Origin: Bacteriovoracia bacterium
Lineage (GTDB): Bacteria > Bdellovibrionota > UBA1018 > CAIPTA01
Direction of reading: 5' to 3'
Assembly (NCBI GenBank): GCA_050246755.1
Contig: JBFWVL010000006.1
Span: forward strand, 128,001 to 192,000
DNA: 64,000 nt
Position 1 is the first letter of the stretch, and the number at the start of each line of letters is the position of its first letter. Of this stretch, positions 19,464 to 27,846 are shown in pieces. A program made the position numbers and the translations under genes. The notes beneath the pieces were generated by a model, which worked only from the letters and a program-made list of their open reading frames with translations, was not told the DNA's origin and made no database searches.

Positions 19464-21008
19464 GTGAAATCACTTGTCTGGATCATGGCCCCACTGCTGC
19501 TTACAATAGCAGCAGTGGGATTTTTAAAATGGGGAAAGGAAAAAGTCATGCCGTCAGAAATTAGGGTCGCTTTCCCTTACAATAAGCCAGCTAAATTTTA
19601 TGAGCCCACCCGCATCCATCTTGCGCCCGAATATATTTTTTTGGAGAACACCTATAGCCCGTTGGTTGAAGTATCGCCAAAGGACGCAAGTCTTCTCCCC
19701 GGCGTCGCGGAAAGTTGGAAATGGGACGGCGAAGTGCTGACCCTCAAAATCAGAGACAACCTCAAGACCGTTGACGGCATTCCGATCACCGCCAAGGACG
19801 CCGAGTTTTCTTTAAAGCGCGTCCTGGTTCGTACCGGCAACACACACGGGAACTTTCAAAGCCTTGTCTGCGGAGCGGCCCAGCTCAAAAGCATTGACGA
19901 TAAGTGCGCGGGGCTTTGGACCGAGGGCAATCGGCTCTTTATCAAAGTCATGGGAAAATCGGCCTTCATTCTTCCCATGCTCTCGGGAATTGATTTTGCC
20001 ATCATTCCGAAAAACTCAGTCGATCCTAAAACACTCGACATTGTGGACTATCGCAATACCTCGGGGCCGTATTTTGTCGAAACTGATAGCGAACAGGGCC
20101 GCATCGTCTTGAGGGAGAATCCAAACCACTATCACGCGAGCAAAGAAATTCCAGAAACTATCCGCCTCGTCCCGGTCGAGAAGTCTAACAAGACCGCCTC
20201 ACTTGATCTTTTTGAAAAAGGCGGTGTGGACTTTATCACAACCATCGACGGAGCAAAGCCCGAAGACGTGATCGCCTACTCAAGAAATCACTCGGATTCT
20301 GTGCTGCATACGACGGCGAACATTCGCACGATCGTTCTTGTCTTTACCGAGCGAGGCTTGAAAGAGCTTTCCGAACACGAGCGCCTCTTGATCGGAAAGA
20401 GAGTGAAAGAGGCTCTTTGGCCGTACTTCTCAAAACTTCCCGGCTATGAATCCATGGATCAGTATTTCCCGTCCTTCAGCTATGGCGCTTTGGATGAATC
20501 CACGATTGAGAAAATCAAGTCAGAGCTACCTTCGGGAAATCTTGACTTGAAAGGGAAAACCTTGAAGCTCACGACCGTTCGCGTGGGCGACGTGACAGCT
20601 CTTCGCCCGCTTATTGAGGGCGCGATCCCAGGCAGCCAAGTGGAGGAAGGCGCGAACGTCCCGGCCTTTTCCAAGTACGAAAAGACGGAGGACATGCCTT
20701 ACGCCTTTATCGGCGGGCCGGATACCGGCTATCACGAAGACATCAGCCTTATTTCCTATATGCTGGTATCGGGAACCTTTGGAATGACGAAGGAGGAGCG
20801 GGCCTCATGGCTTGCAAAGTACATGGCGGTCCCAGAACAGGCCGACCGCCTCAAGCTGCTAAAATCCATTCACGAAGAATCACTCCGAAAAGGCGTGCTC
20901 ATGCCGCTTGCGTCGTGCCCTTATGTGGCACTTGCCAAGAAGGGGTGGAAAATTGAGCTGTCGCAGCTCTTTGCGAATAATCCGATATGGCTCATCAAGC
21001 GCAACTGA
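19464..21008 (+). CDS. family 5 (peptide-binding) extracellular solute-binding protein, orphan
   Basis: LLPGVAESWKW, DGIPITAKDAEFSLKR, TSGPYF; no permease or ATPase genes adjacent. Confidence 0.85.
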   Translation: MKSLVWIMAPLLLTIAAVGFLKWGKEKVMPSEIRVAFPYNKPAKFYEPTRIHLAPEYIFLENTYSPLVEVSPKDASLLPGVAESWKWDGEVLTLKIRDNLKTVDGIPITAKDAEFSLKRVLVRTGNTHGNFQSLVCGAAQLKSIDDKCAGLWTEGNRLFIKVMGKSAFILPMLSGIDFAIIPKNSVDPKTLDIVDYRNTSGPYFVETDSEQGRIVLRENPNHYHASKEIPETIRLVPVEKSNKTASLDLFEKGGVDFITTIDGAKPEDVIAYSRNHSDSVLHTTANIRTIVLVFTERGLKELSEHERLLIGKRVKEALWPYFSKLPGYESMDQYFPSFSYGALDESTIEKIKSELPSGNLDLKGKTLKLTTVRVGDVTALRPLIEGAIPGSQVEEGANVPAFSKYEKTEDMPYAFIGGPDTGYHEDISLISYMLVSGTFGMTKEERASWLAKYMAVPEQADRLKLLKSIHEESLRKGVLMPLASCPYVALAKKGWKIELSQLFANNPIWLIKRN

Positions 21009-21838
21009 CGGAGTGGATTCTCCGAAACGACGAGCGTTTGAATCTTCAGGTGCAAGAGCTTTCCTGGATCAAGTCTATTTTTCCGAACTGGTATGATCTT
21101 CAGGCTTCAATCTCCGTCTTTGGCGAGCGGTTCATCGGGCGCGGCTCCGATTCCGATGCGCACACGGCGCTTGGAAAAGCCGTGTGCGAAGCCGTGGAAC
21201 GGGCCACTTGCTTTCGTCACGGCATTTCTTCGCTCGGTGTTGCGGGCCATCTGAGCTTGGAGCTTGCACAAGCAAACGCAAGACTCGAATACATCGAGCG
21301 GTTTTGCATGAGCCGTCAGGTCGAGGAAAGGATTTTTCTTGCGAAACTTTCAGACTCCAAAGCGATCTGCGAGCGAAACGAAAAACGCGGGGTCGCGGTT
21401 CGTTTTTACCGTTTAGCCTCGCCAGAAAAAACACCAGTTGTTCTTTGCCTTGCCAACGGTGAGAACGCCGATCCACCTTTTGGCGGCATCCTGGGTCTTG
21501 GGGCCGCGTTGAGCGAAGGGGCGGCTTACGAAAAGGCCCTCCTAGAGTGTCTGAGAAACCTAGAGTTTTACTTTCACGCGAAACCCGCATCCTTAGCGTC
21601 TGCGGATTTTCAAAAAATTGCAAAACCAAAAGCCCAAGACCGGCAAGCTCTTCTGCGGGATCTGACTTATTTTCGACAGCTCATGGCATCCTTGGACCAA
21701 CCGGCCCCAGTGGGCTTGACGGTCCCTGAAGGAAAATTTGAGGGCCTTTCGTTAGACGCCGCCTTCGGGGATTGCCCGCTTGTTTTCACCCGCTATTCGG
21801 CCTCAGTACCGCTCGCGCAACCGGAGTTTCTTGCATGA
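20987..21838 (+). CDS. compact YcaO-like protein
   Basis: GRG..ALGKAVCEAVER, SLGVAGH..AQANARLEYIER, GLGAA..AYEKALLE match the three YcaO ATP/Mg-binding motifs. Confidence 0.7.
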   Translation: MAHQAQLTEWILRNDERLNLQVQELSWIKSIFPNWYDLQASISVFGERFIGRGSDSDAHTALGKAVCEAVERATCFRHGISSLGVAGHLSLELAQANARLEYIERFCMSRQVEERIFLAKLSDSKAICERNEKRGVAVRFYRLASPEKTPVVLCLANGENADPPFGGILGLGAALSEGAAYEKALLECLRNLEFYFHAKPASLASADFQKIAKPKAQDRQALLRDLTYFRQLMASLDQPAPVGLTVPEGKFEGLSLDAAFGDCPLVFTRYSASVPLAQPEFLA

Positions 21839-23394
21839 GCCGGATACTCACTGACTTTGACCACGCCTTTCGCCGCCTGATGCGCCGTTATCTCTTGTCC
21901 GCGACACTCTTGCTTTTTGCGAGCATCGGCACCTCCGTCATTTGGAATCGCTCGATCAAGCAAGAGCTTGCGGATCAAGCGACCCTCTCGATACGAAGGA
22001 ATCTCCAAGCCGGAGATACGCGGGGCGAGTTGCAAGTCTTAAGCGGCATCCGTTTTAACGCCTTCCAGAGCCTCACGCAGTATGATCGCCAAGGCCGAAG
22101 GATCGTCACTCTTCCGCCCACGGTCGCGCCCATCGAGTACAAAGACCGAAGCCTTTGGGATCAAATTTTTTTAGGCGAAGTCCGATCCGCTATTCGCTTT
22201 GACGACGAAAAAGAAACGCCCATCGGTGAAGTCTCGTTCATCTATTCGCGCTTTGAATTGGCCGGATATGCGGCGCTGGCCTGGTTTGCACTTGTCGCCT
22301 TAGTCGCCATGACATTTTCTGGTGCAAAGACAAAGCTCCGCAAGGAAATGGAAAAGGAAATCGCGGTGCAAAACGCGAAGGTCTTAAAAGACCTCGTGGG
22401 GAAGGTTCGCCACAATATCCGCGCCCCGCTTGCAGTGCTCAATGCTTATTTTACGGCCTCCACGGAGGAGTCGGCGGCGCTGAAAAGTCAGGGACATCGT
22501 GCTGCCGGACGTATTGAAGAAATCCTTGCGGAGATGGAAGACGAAAGAGGAGTGCAGGCGCGCCCGGAAGAGCAAAAGCCCGTTGCGATCTTCGATGCTG
22601 TGGCCCTGGCCCGCCAGATCGTTGAAGAGAAGTCTCTTTTTCAATCCAGAGTCAGGCTTACGATCAAGAGCAACGGACCTTGCGCTTTTTCCCGCATTGA
22701 CGGCGCGGAATTGAAGGCGACCTTTTCAAACCTCTTAGACAACGCCCTGCAAGCCGTGGGCGAAAACGGCCAGATCCTCTTAGAAATCGAATCGGACGGT
22801 CATCTTGTTGCGGCGTCGATCCAGGACAACGGCAAAGGCATTGCGCCGGAGTTATTATCCAAAGTCCGTGAAAAGGGCTTTAGCTCAGGGAAGGAAAACG
22901 GTTCGGGTCTTGGCCTCTACTACGCGGAAAAACTCATGGACGACGCTAAAGGGAGTCTAACCATCGAGTCCGCGCTGGGCCAAGGAACCAAGATCACGCT
23001 TTTATTTCCGCAAGTGCCCACGCCGATCTGGTTTTGTAATGGGCTCGCGGTGCCGCCGAAAGGGACGCTTTATATCTGTGACGATCAAGAGTACATCTTA
23101 CAAGCCTGGAAGCTTAAGCTTCCCGAAAATCTGCTTAAGCGTGTGAAACTCTGCGCGGCCACGGAGCTACTGCCCGAAGCCGTTGACCCGAGCGACCGCT
23201 TTCTTATCGACTATGACTTCGGCAAAGGTAAACGCACGGGCCTGGAGGCGATTAGAGAGCTTCCAAGCCCCGCCCATGCGGTTTTGGTGACAGGCATGGC
23301 GTTTGAGGCTAGCGTGCAGGCCGAGTGCGCGGTGGTGGGCTGTAAGCTCCTCTCAAAAGACTTGCTCGCCTCGTTCCCTGTCACGACGGCCTAG
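21835..23394 (+). CDS. membrane sensor histidine kinase with C-terminal receiver-like domain
   Basis: Two TM helices, HNIRAPL H-box, NLLDNA, DNGKGI, GSGLGL; ICDD..IDYD..VTG tail; ATGA overlap with ycaO. Confidence 0.9.
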   Translation: MSRILTDFDHAFRRLMRRYLLSATLLLFASIGTSVIWNRSIKQELADQATLSIRRNLQAGDTRGELQVLSGIRFNAFQSLTQYDRQGRRIVTLPPTVAPIEYKDRSLWDQIFLGEVRSAIRFDDEKETPIGEVSFIYSRFELAGYAALAWFALVALVAMTFSGAKTKLRKEMEKEIAVQNAKVLKDLVGKVRHNIRAPLAVLNAYFTASTEESAALKSQGHRAAGRIEEILAEMEDERGVQARPEEQKPVAIFDAVALARQIVEEKSLFQSRVRLTIKSNGPCAFSRIDGAELKATFSNLLDNALQAVGENGQILLEIESDGHLVAASIQDNGKGIAPELLSKVREKGFSSGKENGSGLGLYYAEKLMDDAKGSLTIESALGQGTKITLLFPQVPTPIWFCNGLAVPPKGTLYICDDQEYILQAWKLKLPENLLKRVKLCAATELLPEAVDPSDRFLIDYDFGKGKRTGLEAIRELPSPAHAVLVTGMAFEASVQAECAVVGCKLLSKDLLASFPVTTA

Positions 23395-23399
23395 ATCAT

Positions 23400-23496
23400 C
23401 GTTCGGATTTCCGAACACCCTTCTTTTTCTTGAACGACAAGCTAACTCCTTATCTCACCGTGATTTTTCAAAAAAAACCGTTCGGATTCCCGAACG
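23400..23496. promoter_or_regulatory. two palindromes, putative enhancer (UAS) for the sigma54 activator
   Basis: GTTCGGATTTCCGAAC (23401-23416) and CGTTCGGATTCCCGAACG (23479-23496). Confidence 0.65.
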
Positions 23497-23584
23497 ATTT
23501 TGAAATTCCGCGGTTGGAGTTGAAAACAGAAATTTCCATTCTGAATTAACTACTTAAGCCCATTTTTTCGCCGTCAAAAATCTC

Positions 23585-23599
23585 TGGCATTCTTCATGC
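23585..23599 (+). promoter_or_regulatory. putative sigma54 promoter of the transfer operon
   Basis: TGGCAT-TCTTC-ATGC (GG-N10-GC), followed by AGGAGG RBS and ATG 23627. Confidence 0.65.
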
Positions 23600-23626
23600 C
23601 CTATAGGAAGGCAGGAGGACCGAAAA

Positions 23627-23899
23627 ATGATGAGTCTACAACTGCAACAGAGACAAGAAAAAGTCCCGCGCAAGTCGCTAGCGAAGCGGACCCAGTGCCC
23701 GAAGTGCAGATCCGCGAATCTGCTGAATGAAGGGCCGGACCAATTTTGCTGTGACTGTGATTGGGATACCTGCGCCGAGTACGTCGAGCGCGGCTTGATG
23801 AACAACCTAGACCTTGCTTTCCGTGAGCATTTTCCGAAGCAGGGCATCCAAAACCAGGAGCAAGAGCGCAAGCTCCAAAAATTAGAAAGGACCGCATGA
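23627..23899 (+). CDS. zinc-ribbon protein
   Basis: CPKC..CCDC; AGGAGG RBS. Confidence 0.7.
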   Translation: MMSLQLQQRQEKVPRKSLAKRTQCPKCRSANLLNEGPDQFCCDCDWDTCAEYVERGLMNNLDLAFREHFPKQGIQNQEQERKLQKLERTA

Positions 23900-24045
23900 T
23901 TATGAAAGCCATTAGCAAGGCGTTAGGCCGCGTAAGGTCTTCGCGTATTTATCACAAACTCTTTATCGCCCAGATCGACCATCAGCAGGTCGAGGAGCGA
24001 AAAACAGAAATGATGCTGAAATACCATGACAGGAGGTTTTTTTGA
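23896..24045 (+). CDS. 49-aa hypothetical protein (absent from the ORF track)
   Basis: MIMKAISKALGRV...HDRRFF; ATGA overlap upstream and TTGA overlap downstream. Confidence 0.55.
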   Translation: MIMKAISKALGRVRSSRIYHKLFIAQIDHQQVEERKTEMMLKYHDRRFF

Positions 24046-24407
24046 AAGTCATCGACCTAGAGCTGCGTAGAAGAATTTTGCGGTTTTCATCTGAAGTGGA
24101 TGAAAAGGCGCTAGGCCGCGAGCTGGAGGCTGTCGCCGCGATTCCGCAAGGAGAGATTACGAGACGCGAGCGGGAGCGTCTGCTCGTGAGAAAAGCCGTT
24201 ATGCGTTTGCCGCAAAATGCCCGCGTGATTGTTTTTCTAAAATTTTGGGAAGGCGAAACGCTCGAAGAAATCGCTAGGCTGCTCGCCCTGCCACTTGAAG
24301 AGGCGCGTATCGAATACGTCTCGGCGCTTTCGTATCTTGAAAAAGTGCTGAAGCCCTATGTTTTGGAACCTAGCTTTTTTGTGAGGGGAAACGCTGGCGC
24401 AGTTTAA
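24042..24407 (+). CDS. sigma70 region 4-like HTH protein
   Basis: AVMRLP..ARVIVFLKFWEGETLEEIARLL; AGGAGG RBS, TTG start. Confidence 0.7.
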   Translation: MKVIDLELRRRILRFSSEVDEKALGRELEAVAAIPQGEITRRERERLLVRKAVMRLPQNARVIVFLKFWEGETLEEIARLLALPLEEARIEYVSALSYLEKVLKPYVLEPSFFVRGNAGAV

Positions 24408-24458
24408 GCGAATCCTTGGAATGAATCGGAATGTGTTTCGCTGTTTCAAAGGATTTTT

Positions 24459-24791
24459 ATGAATACTCAAACAAGTCAAAAACTAAATCTTCATTGGATT
24501 GATACGCAGACGGGAAAGAAATATCCCGCAGGCGTTGGATTTTTTCTCGCCGAATACGGAGAGTTTCGGCTCAAGCTCGATGGCCTTGGTGGTGAGCAGT
24601 ATTTTGCCAAGCCCGTGAGCGGAAATGACGACCGCGTGAATTACCGCGTGGAAGTCGTCGTGAAGAACAAAGGCAAGTTCGCCCGCCGCGCCGAGATCGG
24701 CACGGGCTACATGGATAAGAACACGGGCGGCATTCTCTACATGGACATTGGCCCGTTCTCGCGCTGCCTGGCCTTGGAAGTCGAAGCCTAG
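24459..24791 (+). CDS. hypothetical protein, possibly DUF736-like ssDNA-binding
   Basis: Internal repeat AGVGF..FRLKLD / IGTGY..LYMDIGP. Confidence 0.5.
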   Translation: MNTQTSQKLNLHWIDTQTGKKYPAGVGFFLAEYGEFRLKLDGLGGEQYFAKPVSGNDDRVNYRVEVVVKNKGKFARRAEIGTGYMDKNTGGILYMDIGPFSRCLALEVEA

Positions 24792-24795
24792 CCAT

Positions 24796-25107
24796 TTGAA
24801 TAAAAAAACAACTTGGTTTGTGGTCATGGTGGTGGCGTTTGCCCTCGTCATGACTTTGGTGCCGGAGCTTGCCTTTGCCGACTACGGCGGGGGCGAGTTT
24901 CAGAGCCGCATGAGCGGCCTTACACGGAACCTTGTAAACGTCCTTCTGCCCGCCGCTTCGATTTTGGGCCTCGTTTGGGCCGCAATCTTGGCTGCGATGG
25001 GAGACGAAAGTAGCAAGGGCCGGATGGTACTCGTGGCGGTGGCTTCCGTGGTGGGCTTCCTGGCCCCGATCCTGATTCGCTGGCTTCAGTCGATTGCGGG
25101 CGGATAA
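24796..25107 (+). CDS. VirB2/TrbC-like pilin
   Basis: Signal ending AFA, two hydrophobic helices, position before virB3/virB4; TTG start inferred. Confidence 0.7.
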   Translation: MNKKTTWFVVMVVAFALVMTLVPELAFADYGGGEFQSRMSGLTRNLVNVLLPAASILGLVWAAILAAMGDESSKGRMVLVAVASVVGFLAPILIRWLQSIAGG

Positions 25108-25424
25108 TGGAAATTCAAACTTCGAGCATCCACCGCAAGCTCGATGCAAAGCTGAAGATCGCGGGGCTTGAAGCCCCCGATCTTCTCTTTGTTCTCATCT
25201 TTGCGGCGGTGATGAACCTGTTTTTCGGGAGAACAAGCCTCGCCCTTCCGCTCGTGTTTGCTCTCCCGGCTGTCATGCTGGTTACGCTCTATATTGGCAA
25301 ACGGGATAAGCCGGATGGTTTCTTAGTCCACTTGGCGCGGTTTTACTTAACACCTGGATTTTTTAGCGCAGGAGAAGAGTCCAAATTTGAAGAAAAAATG
25401 AGGAAAACCATTTTTGGTAAGTAA
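25107..25424 (+). CDS. VirB3-like membrane protein
   Basis: KIAGLEAPDLL plus two TM segments, immediately upstream of VirB4. Confidence 0.65.
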   Translation: MEIQTSSIHRKLDAKLKIAGLEAPDLLFVLIFAAVMNLFFGRTSLALPLVFALPAVMLVTLYIGKRDKPDGFLVHLARFYLTPGFFSAGEESKFEEKMRKTIFGK

Positions 25425-27846
25425 GTCCTTGAGCGAGCGGCTTCCGTTCTGGCACTTGGACGAGGATTTGACCGTTTTCAATGATGGCTCGCTTGGAGCG
25501 GGCTTTCGCCTTGGGGGTTACGACATATCGTGCGCAAGCCCCGAGGAGATTAACCGATTCAGCCGGAACGTGGAGCACTTGCTTGTATCCTGCCCGGAAG
25601 GGGTTAGGCTTCAGCTCTTTTACCGCCTAAGCCCGAACGTCGAAGGCGTTTTAAAAAAACATGAAGAGGTTTCCGCAGAGTGTCCCCCCGTTTACCAGGA
25701 GGTGCGCGGGGCAAGGCTCAATTTCTTGCGCGAAACGGCTAGGAATAGCGGCTTTTTCGTTCCTGAAATTTACCTGTTCGTGAGGAGCGAAGCCCTACTC
25801 TTAAAGAAAAAGAAGCTGTTTGAGAAACAAGCGCAGTATGAGCAGGTCACGCGCGGGCGCTATGAGGAACATAAAGAAAAGTTCTCAAGGCTCCTCAATC
25901 AGCTCGAATCGTCCTTGAAGGCTTGCAGGGTTGAACCCTCAAGGATCGGTAAAGAAGAGTGGTTCGCCCTCGTGTTTTCCTATCTCAATTTTTCGAGAGC
26001 GGAATCCCTTGGGGTGCCGGAGCTGAAAGTGTCAACGGGGCCGCTCGCGCAATCGGTGGCAAGCCAGCTTGTGCTTACCGATGCGGAAGTGAAGCGAAAC
26101 GCGGTTCAGATCGGAGAGCATTTCTTTCGGGTGCTCACGCTTAAAACCCTGCCCGAAGGCCAAACGATGGCCGCAATGGTGGATGAGTTCACAAAATTGC
26201 CGTTTCATTTTTGGGTTAGCCAAAACATTTCCGTTTTGAACCAGCGAAAGGAAATCGAAAAGCTAGAAATGAGTCGCCGTGTGGCGCACTCGATGGCAAG
26301 CGGCGCGAAGAATGTTTCCGACTTAGAGAGCGAATCAAAGCTATCGCAGATCGAGGAATTATTGCGCGAGCTTTTGGAGGGCTCGGAGCGCCTGGTTTCG
26401 ATGGATTTTAACGTCGTTCTTTGGGCAAATGACGCCTCCGAATTGGAAGAAAAAACGGACGAGGTGCTAAAAGCCTTTCGGAGCATGGGGCAAGCGGAAG
26501 GGCTTGTGGAGACGCTTGCGGGTTTTGACGCGTTTTTGGCTGCGGCCCCGAGTGTTTGCGCGGGGTTTCGGCATAAAAAACTCAAATCCTCGAACGCGGC
26601 CCACTTGATGCCGCTTTATTCCTGTTGGAACGGGAACGAGCGGCCCGTCTGTGTGCTGCCAAACCGCGAGGGCTCGATCTGCTCGATTGATCCCTTCGCG
26701 CCCGAGCTTCCGGCTTGGAACGGTTTGGTGTTCGGTCAAACGGGCTCAGGGAAAAGCTTTACCCTCTGCCAGCTCATGCTCCAGTTCTACGGGCAAAACC
26801 CGCGCCCGCGCATCGTATGGATCGACAACGGAGCCTCTTCCGAGCGGCTGCTGGAAGTGCTGGGCGGCGAGTTCATCGACCTAACGCTGGAGTCTGGAAT
26901 AACGATGAATATGTTTGACCTTGAGCCGGGGGAAAAAGAGCCCTCCTCAAGTAAGATCAAGCTCATTCTCGCCGTTCTCGAATTGATCTTGAAGGACCAA
27001 GAGCAAAAGGGTCTGCCCAAGCGAGAGAAGGCACTTTTAGAGGAGGCGATTTTCGAGGTTTACAAACGAACCGGAGAAAGAATCCCGACTTTAAGTGATT
27101 TGAAACTGCTGCTTGAAAACCATGCGGCTATAGAGATGAAGCGTTATGCGCAGATTCTCTTTTCTTGGACCGGAAACACGGCATACGGAAAGATGCTGGA
27201 TCGGCCTACGAACATCCGTTTGACCCGCGATCTTGTCACCATCGAGATCAAGGGGCTTACGAACCACAGCGAGCTAAAGGATATTCTGCTCTTGCTTCTC
27301 ACCTCGTTTATTCAGGACGCGGCGGCAAGCGATATGACCCGGCCATATCTCATGATTTGCGACGAAGCGGAACGCTTCTTTAAGAGTGGCGAGCTTTCAA
27401 AGCAGTTTATTATCACCTGCTACCGAACTTGGAGGAAGTACCGGGCGAGCATCTACTGTTTGAGCCAAAATTATAGGGACTTCTTGGCTGACCCGGAGCT
27501 GGCCGACGCGCTTTTGCCGAACACCACGAGCGTCATCATCTTGCGCCAGCGGAAAATCGACTGGAAGGACTTTCAAGAGGCGTTTGACTTCAACGATGCG
27601 CAAGTGGAAGCGGTGAAAAGCCTTGAAATCGTCAAAGGGAAATACTCAGAGTTTTTCTATATGCAAGACGAGAATCAGGCAATCTTGCGCCTCGTGCCCG
27701 AGCCTTTGAGCTATTGGATTTGCACGACGGATGGAAACGACAAAGCGCGTATTCAAGAAATGGAACAAAAATATCCGGGCCTTCCCAAAATCGAGATTTT
27801 AAAAAAACTCGCCTTTGGGGATACGGAAGAAAGGAGGGCTGCATAG
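25414..27846 (+). CDS. virB4: VirB4/TraC family conjugative ATPase
   Basis: GQTGSGKS Walker A, IDNG, CDEA Walker B, RKY..SQ; 810 aa. Confidence 0.9.
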   Translation: MVSKSLSERLPFWHLDEDLTVFNDGSLGAGFRLGGYDISCASPEEINRFSRNVEHLLVSCPEGVRLQLFYRLSPNVEGVLKKHEEVSAECPPVYQEVRGARLNFLRETARNSGFFVPEIYLFVRSEALLLKKKKLFEKQAQYEQVTRGRYEEHKEKFSRLLNQLESSLKACRVEPSRIGKEEWFALVFSYLNFSRAESLGVPELKVSTGPLAQSVASQLVLTDAEVKRNAVQIGEHFFRVLTLKTLPEGQTMAAMVDEFTKLPFHFWVSQNISVLNQRKEIEKLEMSRRVAHSMASGAKNVSDLESESKLSQIEELLRELLEGSERLVSMDFNVVLWANDASELEEKTDEVLKAFRSMGQAEGLVETLAGFDAFLAAAPSVCAGFRHKKLKSSNAAHLMPLYSCWNGNERPVCVLPNREGSICSIDPFAPELPAWNGLVFGQTGSGKSFTLCQLMLQFYGQNPRPRIVWIDNGASSERLLEVLGGEFIDLTLESGITMNMFDLEPGEKEPSSSKIKLILAVLELILKDQEQKGLPKREKALLEEAIFEVYKRTGERIPTLSDLKLLLENHAAIEMKRYAQILFSWTGNTAYGKMLDRPTNIRLTRDLVTIEIKGLTNHSELKDILLLLLTSFIQDAAASDMTRPYLMICDEAERFFKSGELSKQFIITCYRTWRKYRASIYCLSQNYRDFLADPELADALLPNTTSVIILRQRKIDWKDFQEAFDFNDAQVEAVKSLEIVKGKYSEFFYMQDENQAILRLVPEPLSYWICTTDGNDKARIQEMEQKYPGLPKIEILKKLAFGDTEERRAA

